From: a bacterium
GTDB taxonomy: Bacteria; Patescibacteriota; Minisyncoccia; Phycocordibacterales; UBA2100
DNA: 64,000 nucleotides
Direction of reading: 5' to 3'
Assembly (NCBI GenBank): GCA_038128225.1
Contig: JAYPJF010000002.1
Coordinates: forward strand, 258,785-322,784
Below are positions 18,301 to 28,277 of this stretch, one piece after another. Positions within the stretch are counted from its first letter, which is position 1; the number at the start of each line of letters is the position of its first letter. The notes under the pieces are model-generated. The model saw only the letters and a program-made list of their open reading frames with translations, was not told the DNA's origin and ran no database searches. The position numbers and the translations under genes are program-made.

Positions 18301-19590
18301 ATGCAACGCATCCACTCAATGTATAAAGCGATGCACCGCGTAACACAGGACGTAGGCCCATGGTTTTTGTTTCTGTTCGTCATTTACGTTATTCTCCTCT
18401 TGAAAGTTATTACCTATCACACCATCTATGACAACGTATTTTTTGGGTTTTACAGCATCCTGATTACTACGTACATCCTTTCAAGATTCCTTCTCGCATA
18501 CATGCACAAACCAGTAATTCCTGACCCATCGTATGAGCCAAGCATCGCGTTCGTCGTTCCAGCAAAAAACGAGGAAGACAACATCGCCGAGACGTTGTAC
18601 CGGTTTGGTGCCGTCGATTATCCAAAAGAAAAAATTGAGGTGATCACCATTAACGATGGTTCGACTGACAAGACGTACGAACGAATGCTCGAGGCGGCTC
18701 AGGCCATCGCGCCAAAAGTTCGCCGCGTCGAGGTTGTTAATTGGGAAACGAACCGCGGAAAACGCCACGGCATGGCCGAAGGTGTCTTGCGTGCAACCCA
18801 CGATATCGTCGTGTTCATCGATTCCGATAGTTTTATCGAGCCTGATTGTGTTCGCCATTTAGTAAAGTACTTCGTGGACCCAGGAGTCGGCGCTGTGTCA
18901 GGGCACACCGATGTGTTTAACCGAGACACAAACCTCCTCACCCAAATGCAAGCAATTCGGTACTACATCGCATTTAAGGTATACAAAGCCGCAGAATCAG
19001 TGTTTGCAAACGTAACCTGTTGTCCAGGATGTTGCAGCGCATATCGACGCTCATACGTCTTGCCGTTCATCTATGAATGGCGAGATCAAATGTTTCTGGG
19101 CGAAAGATGCACGTTTGGAGACGACCGAGCGTTAACGAACTTTATCATTCGTTCGTATCGTGCCGTCTATTCACCTGAGGCACGGGCGCATACGGTTGTT
19201 CCAGATAACTTTGCGAAATATGTAAAACAGCAGCAGCGCTGGAAAAAGTCATGGATCAGAGAGACTTTCATCGCTTCTCTGTTTATGTGGCGCAAACATC
19301 CGCTTGCGGCTGCTTCTTTCTACTCATACGTTTTTCTCGCATTCGCGTCTCCTGTCGTCTTTTTCAGGGCCATGGTGTGGTATCCGATCATGCTTTCAAC
19401 GTGGCCGGTAGTGTACCTTATTGGACTCATGCTCATGCTTTTCTTGCACGGTCTTTACTATCGAATCCAAGTCGGGCCACGCGCGTGGCTTCTTGCGATA
19501 TGCAACTTCTGGTTTAACACGGTCATCCTCATGTGGCAGTTGCCGTGGGCAATTATTACTATCCGTGATTCCCGGTGGGGCACCCGATAA
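18301..19590 (+). CDS. Processive GT2 synthase, hyaluronan synthase/NodC-like
   Basis: INDGSTD, FIDSDS, FGDDRALT, QQQRW (D,D,D,QxxRW); N- and C-terminal TM helices. Confidence 0.88.
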   Translation: MQRIHSMYKAMHRVTQDVGPWFLFLFVIYVILLLKVITYHTIYDNVFFGFYSILITTYILSRFLLAYMHKPVIPDPSYEPSIAFVVPAKNEEDNIAETLYRFGAVDYPKEKIEVITINDGSTDKTYERMLEAAQAIAPKVRRVEVVNWETNRGKRHGMAEGVLRATHDIVVFIDSDSFIEPDCVRHLVKYFVDPGVGAVSGHTDVFNRDTNLLTQMQAIRYYIAFKVYKAAESVFANVTCCPGCCSAYRRSYVLPFIYEWRDQMFLGERCTFGDDRALTNFIIRSYRAVYSPEARAHTVVPDNFAKYVKQQQRWKKSWIRETFIASLFMWRKHPLAAASFYSYVFLAFASPVVFFRAMVWYPIMLSTWPVVYLIGLMLMLFLHGLYYRIQVGPRAWLLAICNFWFNTVILMWQLPWAIITIRDSRWGTR

Positions 19591-19593
19591 GAT

Positions 19594-21210
19594 ATGTATA
19601 TCCAACTTACTACTGCAAAAACCGTAGCGCTTCTTGCATTGCTCCTCGTTATGGCTACTGCGCTTTTCATGACCTGGAAACTCAAAATGAGCTGGTATGG
19701 AACAACTCCCCCTTTTTACTCGCTTGAACTAATGATGCGAGAACTAGCGCTGCGCACGCGATACTCGTTTGAGCGAACATTCATATACGCAACGCAGACT
19801 GCAAGCGCCGGCAGCGTAACACTCGCTGACACTCAGACGTTTGAACGCGAGCACACTGAGGCTGTGTCTGCCTATGCAATTCCCGTCCTCACTTACCACC
19901 GCATTTCAAAAAGCGAAAACGATTTTAATAACGTCACGACGAAGAATTTTCGCGACCAAATGTATATGCTTAAAAATGCAGGCTGGGAAACAGTGACACT
20001 CCGCGAGTTTGAGGAGTTTGTTCGCGGAGAACGGAGCCTGCCTCATCGTTCATTCTTACTGACATTTGACGACGGCGCGAAAGATAGCTTTTACCCTGTT
20101 GATCCGCTGTTAAAGACCTTGGGATACGAAGCGGTCATATATATTATCGCTGCATCAGCGCATACACCTGAAAGCACATACTATTTGTCTCCGACAGAGA
20201 TCAAGCGTCTACTTGCTACCGGACGCTGGGAGATAGGTTCGCATTCTTATGATGGACATCGCCCTTACTCTGGTGATGCGCAAGGTTCTTCAGCAATATT
20301 TTTCGCAGACAAGCTCTGGGTTCCTGATGCGGCGCGCATCGAAACCGAGGCAGAATTTAGCACTCGGGTGCACGACGACCTTTCGCGCGCCCGCGAAGAA
20401 CTTGAACAAGAATTTAACGTGCCCATTAACACATTTGCATTTCCTTTGGGAAATGAGACCGGCATCCAAGGCACAGCAAACTTCCCTCGTGGCGCATCTA
20501 TTACCGAACAAACAGCACGCTCGCTCTACGACATCGGATTCCTCCAAACCAACAACCAAGATTACACGTTTGTAGAACCAAATAATTCTTTTATCGCACG
20601 ACGCATACACGTTGATCACGACTGGGACGGCGAGCGACTCCTCGAAATCATGGAGAACGGCATCGAGAAAGAGTTGCCATGGAGCGATAGGTTTGAGCGA
20701 AACCGTGGCTGGATCCCAGCGTGGGGCTCACTTGACCTGGGGCGGAATAATTTGACACTGCGAGCACTTACCGACACATCAAGCGCTTCGACGTTTCTTG
20801 ATGGCAGCGCGTCGTGGGACAATTATTCGTTTGCGGCTTCGGCACAGTGGAGTAGTGGAACCATGTTTCTGCTTGCAGATGTCAGGAACGCAAAAACATA
20901 CCACGCTTGTGTTTTTTCTGACGGAGAAGTGAGTATTCAGAAAACAGTTGCTGGCGAAACAGCGATACTCGAGCGACGCGCGGTGGATGCAATCACGTAC
21001 GGCCCTGCGGTCCACGCAGGCATTCGTGTACACGGTGCGGTGATTGAATGTTTATGGGACTATGCCTCGGTACTAGAATCGTATGAGCGAACCGCAACGG
21101 GCGGCATCGGCATCCAAGTATGGAATCCTGAACTTGGTGCCGCGTCGCTTCAAGTTTCTGAAGTTCTCATTCGTGACTATGACGCAACCACGACACCGAA
21201 TACTCCTTAA
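19594..21210 (+). CDS. Membrane-anchored polysaccharide deacetylase (PgaB/IcaB-like) with C-terminal beta-sandwich
   Basis: IPVLTYH, LTFDDG, SHSYDGH, FAFPLG; beta-rich C-terminus ending GGIGIQVW. Confidence 0.82.
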   Translation: MYIQLTTAKTVALLALLLVMATALFMTWKLKMSWYGTTPPFYSLELMMRELALRTRYSFERTFIYATQTASAGSVTLADTQTFEREHTEAVSAYAIPVLTYHRISKSENDFNNVTTKNFRDQMYMLKNAGWETVTLREFEEFVRGERSLPHRSFLLTFDDGAKDSFYPVDPLLKTLGYEAVIYIIAASAHTPESTYYLSPTEIKRLLATGRWEIGSHSYDGHRPYSGDAQGSSAIFFADKLWVPDAARIETEAEFSTRVHDDLSRAREELEQEFNVPINTFAFPLGNETGIQGTANFPRGASITEQTARSLYDIGFLQTNNQDYTFVEPNNSFIARRIHVDHDWDGERLLEIMENGIEKELPWSDRFERNRGWIPAWGSLDLGRNNLTLRALTDTSSASTFLDGSASWDNYSFAASAQWSSGTMFLLADVRNAKTYHACVFSDGEVSIQKTVAGETAILERRAVDAITYGPAVHAGIRVHGAVIECLWDYASVLESYERTATGGIGIQVWNPELGAASLQVSEVLIRDYDATTTPNTP

Positions 21211-21378
21211 AAAATACAGCCGTGTGCGGTGGCCCTTTCATGAAAATGTCTCCACACCACGATCTTCATCAAAATCACACTTGACCACGCCCGCTGAGTC
21301 GATACGATTGTCGACGTGCCCCGTGCGCAAGCAACTAGTTTCGAGTCTGCGAACATATTTCGCGCCGAAATTATTTAT

Positions 21379-22239
21379 ATGAGTGCGGTTCGATTCATGA
21401 TCGCGAGTGTTCTAGTGGTAACGATTATCGTTTCGCTAGGAATGTACCTGCCGCCATTTCGTAAACCGCCTTCCGGTACGCCAGCAGTCATCACTGTCGC
21501 GCAACCGTTTATCTATTCATTTAATTCGTCAGGTATTTTATACGAAGCAGGCAGCGCAGAGCGCAGCACAAGCCCCTACTGGTGGCTCAACTCTGGCGCC
21601 AAAATGACTATCAACGAAAATGTCGGTGCGACAAATTACGGCTCGCTTGCCGCAACTGATCCGTGGCGGTTAATGTACGCGCTTTCGAATCCCCGTGATA
21701 CTGATAACGGATTTCATCCTCAGAATACGTTCAGGCTTGTGAGCAAGGCCGTGGTCGGCAACTCTCGTGTCGAGTCATTATTCATGATCGACGAGGACAA
21801 CTTTAGCAGTTCTTCGTATCGCAATGCCTCAAACGGACTCTTGTTGATGAATCGCTACATAACACAAGAAACTTTGTATTATGCCGGCATCCGTGTCGAT
21901 GGCACGGCAGTCATCAAAAAGAAATACAATGGCACCTACTATACCATGGCGCAAAAACCTATTTTTTCGGGCACGTACGTGCGCGAAAAAAACATGAATT
22001 TACTGCCGCATCATGAATGGATCGGGTTGCGCACCGATACCGTCACGCAACCTGATGGAAGCGTGCGTATCACGCTCTCGATGAAGCGTGAAAATGGCCC
22101 ATGGGAAAAAATTCTCGAAGCTCGCGACAACGGTTCCTCGTATGGCGCCACGCCACCCATCACGCAACTTGGACGTGCTGGAATCCGCACCGATTTCATG
22201 GACGTACAATTTGAATCGTTCAAAATAATGGCTCTGTAA
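21379..22239 (+). CDS. Secreted or anchored beta-sandwich (lectin/ConA-like) protein
   Basis: N-terminal TM, beta-rich, YYAGIRVDG and GRAGIRTDF.DV.F..F; fold is inferred. Confidence 0.55.
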   Translation: MSAVRFMIASVLVVTIIVSLGMYLPPFRKPPSGTPAVITVAQPFIYSFNSSGILYEAGSAERSTSPYWWLNSGAKMTINENVGATNYGSLAATDPWRLMYALSNPRDTDNGFHPQNTFRLVSKAVVGNSRVESLFMIDEDNFSSSSYRNASNGLLLMNRYITQETLYYAGIRVDGTAVIKKKYNGTYYTMAQKPIFSGTYVREKNMNLLPHHEWIGLRTDTVTQPDGSVRITLSMKRENGPWEKILEARDNGSSYGATPPITQLGRAGIRTDFMDVQFESFKIMAL

Positions 22240-22342
22240 TTTTAGTTGAGATGGTATATTTACAGAGTTGGATTTAATGGTATAGTCTTTTCGGCCAGCA
22301 ATTGCTGGATCTATATAGGTTAAACACACAGAGGAGGTGTGG

Positions 22343-23278
22343 ATGTTCGTCACATTCACAAAAGGATTCGTGCTGCACGCATTGTGGCAGCATATGAAGA
22401 GTCTTTTCTACTTCCTGTGCATCATGGGGGTGGCGATCCTGCCACCCTTCGCAGTCACGTGGACGTATGATCGAACGCATACCGGTGCTGCTGATTTCGT
22501 CGCGCAAGCGCTTGCCTGGTGGCCACTCGCCTACGTCGCCGCGTTTTTTCTTACAGTAGCGGCGCACGAGGCGGCTGGTTACTACTTCTACCAGCGTCGC
22601 GTGCGAAACCTCGATGGAACCACGGTGGACGACATCGTGGTACCGCTCGCTGAGCGTGCCGGAATACCGATGCCAACCATCGTGGTAATGGAGAGAGAGC
22701 ACTTCTTCAACGCGGGCGCCATGCACAGCTTCTTTTTTGGAGGCAAGATCATCGTCATGGGAAAAATACAGGAGTTGTTTCGCGAAAACCCCGGCAGGTT
22801 TGCTGCCGTGCTCGCGCACGAAGTAGCGCACCTGAAACATCGGGACATGATCCCGATGTGGGCCATTGCAATCGTGCAGCAGGTGCTCACCTTCCATCGC
22901 CTCGCACTTCTCGGGGTTGCGGCGGTCGGATCCGCGTGGTCGCCAGAGCATCTCGTGTTCCTCTGGGCACTCTTCGGAGTGTTCTGGGTGCTCGAGATCG
23001 TGGTGAGGCTTCTCACTGCGGCCGTGAGCCGGGCGCGTGAATACGTTGCGGACGTCGGCGCACATGCGCTCACGAAGGACTACGAGCTGCGCGACGATCT
23101 CATCGCCGCCATGCTCACCTTGGAGAATATCAGTTCGGGGCTGCATCCGATGCGGATTCTCGAACAGACAGGGTGGGCCGTCTTCCGCTCGCACCCCACC
23201 ACCGCCGACCGCGCCCGTGCATTGAAAGTCACAGGGCGACTGGCCGGAAATGGCGACTTTGTCGTTTCCGCGGCGTGA
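22343..23278 (+). CDS. M48 zinc metalloprotease (HtpX-like)
   Basis: NAGA, LAHEVAH (HExxH), SRAREYVAD, SHP...DR; GGAGG RBS. Confidence 0.85.
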   Translation: MFVTFTKGFVLHALWQHMKSLFYFLCIMGVAILPPFAVTWTYDRTHTGAADFVAQALAWWPLAYVAAFFLTVAAHEAAGYYFYQRRVRNLDGTTVDDIVVPLAERAGIPMPTIVVMEREHFFNAGAMHSFFFGGKIIVMGKIQELFRENPGRFAAVLAHEVAHLKHRDMIPMWAIAIVQQVLTFHRLALLGVAAVGSAWSPEHLVFLWALFGVFWVLEIVVRLLTAAVSRAREYVADVGAHALTKDYELRDDLIAAMLTLENISSGLHPMRILEQTGWAVFRSHPTTADRARALKVTGRLAGNGDFVVSAA

Positions 23279-23289
23279 CACGTAAGAAT

Positions 23290-23317
23290 CGGGGCGGCCT
23301 ACGCATAGGCCGCCCCG
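23290..23317. terminator. Bidirectional hairpin terminator
   Basis: CGGGGCGGCCTA-CGCA-TAGGCCGCCCCG between convergent genes. Confidence 0.75.
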
Positions 23318-23322
23318 CTTGT

Positions 23323-23931
23323 TTATGCATCATTCCATTTTTCCGGAGGCCCCTTGTCTGGAGAAACCTCATACGGTTTGAATGTAACATTCGGCGATTC
23401 GAGAGCCCCACCGAATGAAAACGTCACCTCTCCTCGACTCAATCCCGCCCGATCAGCTCCTCCATGTGCAAGAAGTGCGCTGATTCTCTTAAAGAGACCC
23501 TTCGCCCGCGGGTGTCCCATTGAGATCACACACGTATGCAGGTCAGCTCCCCAGCGTTCGCTGCGCACAAGAAGAACCAAGTCTGGTTCCCCGAGTACGC
23601 CAGCGTGAAGCGACTGCTGTGTAGTCATCTCATACAGGGTCATCGAAAGCTGCCCACGTTCGTAGAGATGACATCGATGATCGAGTGTTCCTCGCGAAGA
23701 TTCATTGAGCATGAAACCCGATAAGAACACCAGAACTACCAATACATGAGCGACCGCAACGTACCATGGCTCAACGTTTCGATAGCGTAGCCACAGATTG
23801 AGAATAAAGAGGACTGAAAGTGCTCCTGTTGCGAGCAGCAGAAGTTCTGCCGCACGCATCGAAATGCCGAGCGAAACCGAGAGTGCATCAAACGCCGACG
23901 CTTCCACCCACGTGTTCCATTGGTCATCCAT
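23323..23931 (-). CDS. Two-TM membrane protein, third gene of the MotA-like module
   Basis: Two hydrophobic helices then a soluble domain; GGAAGGTGA RBS, 3 nt after the upstream stop. Confidence 0.65.
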   Translation of the reverse strand: MDDQWNTWVEASAFDALSVSLGISMRAAELLLLATGALSVLFILNLWLRYRNVEPWYVAVAHVLVVLVFLSGFMLNESSRGTLDHRCHLYERGQLSMTLYEMTTQQSLHAGVLGEPDLVLLVRSERWGADLHTCVISMGHPRAKGLFKRISALLAHGGADRAGLSRGEVTFSFGGALESPNVTFKPYEVSPDKGPPEKWNDA

Positions 23932-23934
23932 AGA

Positions 23935-24585
23935 TCACCTTCCTGTCATTATTGCGGCAAGTTTGGTTGCTGGATATTTCTCGAGTACTTCCTCGAGAAG
24001 CTGACTTCTCTCATTCCACGTTGCGATGAGAAGCGTCAGTTCCTCGCCTGGTTTCGTGAGCGTAAACGGCACCGTAGCAATCAAGTGTTCATGCGCATTG
24101 TCCTTATCTTGAATCGCAAGGAGCTCGCCTTCAACCGGCATGGGCCCATTGTGAGTATTGTAGAGGTGCACATTGACCCAGCAACGCGTAAGCGGCGGGA
24201 CCTTACCAACGTCGGTGTTTGATTCCGCCTTCTCCATGTTGATGACCGAAGGGCCACCAAGATCGTCTTGCTTCAAAACGAGCCAGCTGCTGTGCAGCTG
24301 CCTGAAGTTAACCGTTGCGAGCCCATAATCACCTCGCAAACTCGCGCATCGTAGTGCCACATCAATGTCATGAGGCAATCCATCGCCCCAAGTGATCTGA
24401 ACATACAAGGCGGTTGGTGTTGCCGCCATGCGCTTGTCCGCCATATCTTTCGGTGGCGGATTGATGTGCGGTGTTGCAAGCCCAGAAAGAATGATGCCGG
24501 TCGCACTTGTGTTGACCAAGAGATCATTGAATGCCAGCAACATCGTAAGAAAGCCAACGCCGATGAACGCGCTCGTATGTTTCAT
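23935..24585 (-). CDS. MotB/ExbD-like single-TM partner with a beta-sandwich domain
   Basis: TM with membrane Asp (AFNDLL), then ITW...DID.., DDLG, VNVHLY; GGAGGAG RBS. Confidence 0.6.
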   Translation of the reverse strand: MKHTSAFIGVGFLTMLLAFNDLLVNTSATGIILSGLATPHINPPPKDMADKRMAATPTALYVQITWGDGLPHDIDVALRCASLRGDYGLATVNFRQLHSSWLVLKQDDLGGPSVINMEKAESNTDVGKVPPLTRCWVNVHLYNTHNGPMPVEGELLAIQDKDNAHEHLIATVPFTLTKPGEELTLLIATWNERSQLLEEVLEKYPATKLAAIMTGR

Positions 24586-24586
24586 C

Positions 24587-25366
24587 TCACTCCTCCGCGC
24601 CTTGCGCATGCAACACGGGAAATACCACCGTGAACATCAGCTCACTGAGACGGTCCGCTATGTCCTCGATTCGAGGTTCACAGATGAGAGACTTTACGAG
24701 CGTCAAGATGACGCATCCTGAAAGTCCCAGTACACCCGCCATATACCCCATCCCAAGTCCAGAGAGCATCTGGAAGTTGAATTTCTGGACTTCGTCGAAA
24801 GTTACTGGAGTTTGCTGTCCAAAATATGAGAGGAAAATTCCGAGAACAGAACCCAGAATGCCGACGAAGAATAAGATGACGATCGCGCGCTCGAGCTGGG
24901 TCGTACCTCGCGCAACCGTCCGCATAACGATCTCTTCGAACGCTTTGCGATTGATAGGCTCGCCGGTATTGTGCTCGTGCGCAACTCGATGTCGCGTCGC
25001 GAGCATGCAGAACGCACGCGTGATTGCCCCTGGCTGCTTCGTTGCGAGCGCTTGCGCAAGCATAGCGTTCAAGATTCCTGCACGCTTACGAGGTTCTTCA
25101 ACCCCGAGAAGCGCGTCAGAAAACAGGCGCAATTGTGCGTCATCGTCCGAAAGACGCCACACTACCGAATGCGCATACGCATACAGCACAGCAATGATTG
25201 CAAGTACGACAACCGCAATTGCAAAGGAAGCTGGCCGTTCGTTGAACGTGATAGCAAACTGCTTGCTGTCACTATTGAGTGCAAGAAGAAATCCTGCTAC
25301 CACCAGTACCACGGTGAGCGCACAGAAACGCTCATAGGCGCTCCATTGTGTGAGTTTTAGAGACAT
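24587..25366 (-). CDS. MotA/TolQ/ExbB proton channel family protein
   Basis: Four TM segments; VGILGSVLG and GLGMGYMAGVLG match the LGLLGTVxG / G..AL..T..G channel helices. Confidence 0.7.
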   Translation of the reverse strand: MSLKLTQWSAYERFCALTVVLVVAGFLLALNSDSKQFAITFNERPASFAIAVVVLAIIAVLYAYAHSVVWRLSDDDAQLRLFSDALLGVEEPRKRAGILNAMLAQALATKQPGAITRAFCMLATRHRVAHEHNTGEPINRKAFEEIVMRTVARGTTQLERAIVILFFVGILGSVLGIFLSYFGQQTPVTFDEVQKFNFQMLSGLGMGYMAGVLGLSGCVILTLVKSLICEPRIEDIADRLSELMFTVVFPVLHAQGAEE

Positions 25367-25488
25367 GACTCGCTCCTTTTCTTTCCCTATTCACTGCCGA
25401 AGGGCAGTCCACTTTCGTTTATACGCTCCCCACTGGATGCGTCAAGCAAAAAACTCTTGTGGATAGTCCTTTTTTGATGCACAGCAGA

Positions 25489-25518
25489 AACACCGGCGGC
25501 GAATTCGCCGCCGGTGTT
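25489..25518 (-). terminator. Perfect 30-bp palindrome, likely terminator of the secreted-protein operon
   Basis: AACACCGGCGGCGAA|TTCGCCGCCGGTGTT, 11 nt past the stop at 25530. Confidence 0.7.
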
Positions 25519-25529
25519 GGCTGCTACCA

Positions 25530-28277
25530 CTATCGCATCGAGACTTCTCTGAAGTTGAAGCTCATCGGAGCCTCGAGGAAACTCCTCAAATCTCTAAAAA
25601 AGAGGTTGAGGATCGAGGGAGGGAGCTGAAATGGTATCGCTTCAGCTGCTGCAGCTGCTTGCACGTTCGCGTGCGCTTTTTCCCGCACTTCATCCAGGAC
25701 TTCGTCTTGTGAGGGCATGTCGAGCACCGCAGCAAGTGTCGGCGTTTCGATCGCGCCAACAGAACTGGTAGGAGGAAGCGGTTCATTGTTTTGGATCGCT
25801 GCCTCAAGTCGCGTGCGGAATGTTTCGATTTCTGATTGTTGCCCTGCGGTGAGACCGAAATCAGATACCCCCTGACAGTACAGGTTATTGATCATATTCT
25901 GTGTCGTGTAGTAGACATAGCCGGTCGCGCGCGTAATTCCCCACGGTTCGAGAATGTCGCTCTTGTTTGTTTCCTGGAACTGCTGCACGGCAGCAAGCGT
26001 TGCATTGTCGAAGATGCCGGTGATCTGCAAATCACTGCCGAGCCAATCGCGCAGGAAGAATTGAAGTTTGCGCACCTCTCGTTCATCATTGATCTCATTG
26101 ATGCCCAAGTAACTTGTGAGGTAGGGGGCACACTGTGGTGCTGCAACAATTTCTTCAGTCACTACCGGCGTGTTATTCAGTCGCGGCACAATGATGATTG
26201 ACGTGGATACAGTTGGTGAATGCCCAAACGCACCATAAAACGGGTTCACTGACGGATGGCGCGTAATCGCTTTTACTTGCGCCTTGTTCGTGTACTTTCC
26301 GGGTTTAGTCGATGTCGCAAATTGTACGGTGTAATCGACGGTGATTCGCTCCCCAGCAGGAATCTCCCCCAATCGCCATGTCTTCTGAAACACAGGTTGG
26401 CCGGCTCCATCGAGCATCGTGTCGAACAGTTCAGCGTGATATGCGGGTCCCTTGCCAGCATTGGTAACGACTATTTGATACTTGACCTCGCCGCCTGGCA
26501 CCGTCCCTTTTCCAACAACATTTTTTGTAATCTGAAGATCAGATTCTGGAGTGTATCGCACCGCAGTTCCACTGAACCCCCCATTCTGAAGTTGCAGTTG
26601 TTCGTTCACATCGTCCCAGAATGCTTGATCACCAAATCGCAAGTTTCCATTCCAGTCTCCCGAAATTGTGAAGAGCGCAAAAATCCAGTCTTGGCCGATA
26701 ATGTTCTGGTTCGCGAAGTTCAAGATATGCAAGAATGCATTCGCATCTCCGGTCCGTATTGCTGCAATAGTACCCTCAGCGACGTTGCCACCCGATACGG
26801 CCTCAACAAGAACGTTGTTAAGGATTTTTGCATAGTTGGTTGTTGTCGCGGTCACATTATCTTCAACATCAGTCGCTCGCTCAGCATTGCCCGCTCCACA
26901 AATGACTTCGCCAAATGGCGTCTCCTCGCGACTGAAGTTTTCAGGCAATCCGATAACGTCCCCATTCCACGTGCCCCCAACGTTCACGATAAAACAGATT
27001 GGGCGACCGCCCACTGAGTTTTGGTTCAGGAAGTTTTGCACTACAGCTCCCGTGTTTGCATCTCCGGTAACAACAAGCGCGCCTTCTGATCCAAGTGCTG
27101 CGTTCTCACCTGAGCTCGCTGTCGTGGTGCCATTATTGGTCACGTCCGCCGTATTATTGGCAGCAAAAGAACTTCCGTCATCAACCGAAGCCACGGTCGA
27201 AAGCGATGCAAAAAAAGTAGGAGGCGGTAATACCACATCACCTATCAAATCACCGACGTTACTCATAAGAATAACAAGGTACCGTGAGTTTACGATCTGA
27301 AGGTTTCCAAAGTTAATGATGCTTCCAAATGCGCTCGCGTCTCCTGTCTCGATAACTGCTGCGCCTTCTTCACTCTGCGCTTGATTCCCTCCTGAGTGCG
27401 AACGCACAACAAGCGTATTGGTAATTTCGGCCACACTGTCGGTGACAATGTTGAAAATCGCATCCGGGTTCACACACCCCGCGAGGGAACACGTTTCGTC
27501 ATTGGCGACGCCGCTGAAAATACTTTGAATGCGATCCGAGAGATCGAGCATGTCACCAATCGGGTTCTGGAGGAAGAGCAAACTTCCCGTTGAATTCGTG
27601 ATAACGACGTTAAACAAGGAAATGAGGACCGCAAATGCATCGGCCTCACCAGTAAATACGTAGGCGCCATCAGCATCTTCTGCCATGTTGCCGCCAGTTT
27701 CCGCAAACGCCACCGCGTCGTTTTGGTTATCAGCCGCACTTTCATTTTCTACTGCAACGTCCCCACCGCTTGCCCCTTGAGCCCCTTCGTCATTGGTGCC
27801 TCCTTCGCTAGTTTCTGTAGATGTGCCTGTGTCAGAAACCGTCGTGTCGTTCACGTTTGTCTGATCCACAACAGTTGCACCTGTTGACGCATCCCCTGTT
27901 TCAATAATTGAAGGTGCGCCATCGCTTGCCTGTGTCCCATCTCCTTCAGGTGTTGCTTGTTCTCCTGCCTGTGTGCCATCAGTCCCCGCCTCTCCGCCCT
28001 CGGTGGCATCACCATCTTCTCCAGCATCAGGAGTTGTTGTCTCGGCAGGAGCGCCGTCAGAACCATCAGCTCCATTTCCGCCATCTTCAAGTACCGGAGC
28101 CGGCGGTGTCGAATTATTTTCTTGAACAGGAGTTTCGACAACAGGAACACCCCCATCTTCAGCCCGAACAGAACTTGGAAACACCAACACGCCACCTGTA
28201 AGCACCACGATAAGAAGTGCTGCTACACACTGCTCAACAAAAAACCATTTTGAAAATTTATAGCCATCCGAATACAT
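25530..28277 (-). CDS. Large secreted protein: acidic linker, TGGN/TGDA repeats, DUF11-like Ig domain, peptidoglycan-binding domain
   Basis: Signal peptide ending VRA-E; four [TS]G[GE]N..TG[DE]A units; DLQITK..V.PGG.V.Y.I.V.N.G Ig motif; EVRKLQ.FL..ITG.FD..T..AV..FQ PG_binding motif. Confidence 0.75.
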   Translation of the reverse strand: MYSDGYKFSKWFFVEQCVAALLIVVLTGGVLVFPSSVRAEDGGVPVVETPVQENNSTPPAPVLEDGGNGADGSDGAPAETTTPDAGEDGDATEGGEAGTDGTQAGEQATPEGDGTQASDGAPSIIETGDASTGATVVDQTNVNDTTVSDTGTSTETSEGGTNDEGAQGASGGDVAVENESAADNQNDAVAFAETGGNMAEDADGAYVFTGEADAFAVLISLFNVVITNSTGSLLFLQNPIGDMLDLSDRIQSIFSGVANDETCSLAGCVNPDAIFNIVTDSVAEITNTLVVRSHSGGNQAQSEEGAAVIETGDASAFGSIINFGNLQIVNSRYLVILMSNVGDLIGDVVLPPPTFFASLSTVASVDDGSSFAANNTADVTNNGTTTASSGENAALGSEGALVVTGDANTGAVVQNFLNQNSVGGRPICFIVNVGGTWNGDVIGLPENFSREETPFGEVICGAGNAERATDVEDNVTATTTNYAKILNNVLVEAVSGGNVAEGTIAAIRTGDANAFLHILNFANQNIIGQDWIFALFTISGDWNGNLRFGDQAFWDDVNEQLQLQNGGFSGTAVRYTPESDLQITKNVVGKGTVPGGEVKYQIVVTNAGKGPAYHAELFDTMLDGAGQPVFQKTWRLGEIPAGERITVDYTVQFATSTKPGKYTNKAQVKAITRHPSVNPFYGAFGHSPTVSTSIIIVPRLNNTPVVTEEIVAAPQCAPYLTSYLGINEINDEREVRKLQFFLRDWLGSDLQITGIFDNATLAAVQQFQETNKSDILEPWGITRATGYVYYTTQNMINNLYCQGVSDFGLTAGQQSEIETFRTRLEAAIQNNEPLPPTSSVGAIETPTLAAVLDMPSQDEVLDEVREKAHANVQAAAAAEAIPFQLPPSILNLFFRDLRSFLEAPMSFNFREVSMR

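Noticed and set aside
22274-23281. 335-aa minus-strand ORF and other long antisense ORFs (e.g. 24630..25337, 26256..27017, 59376..60029)
   Set aside because: Shadows of well-supported opposite-strand genes, with no recognisable motifs.
23323-25366. Zorya defence system or flagellar stator
   Set aside because: No long ZorA tail, no OmpA-like domain in the partner, and no zorC/D/E or flagellar genes in the window.
25489-25518. Perfect palindrome as a mobile-element end or REP
   Set aside because: Single copy, located just after a stop codon with a T-run; a terminator explains it.
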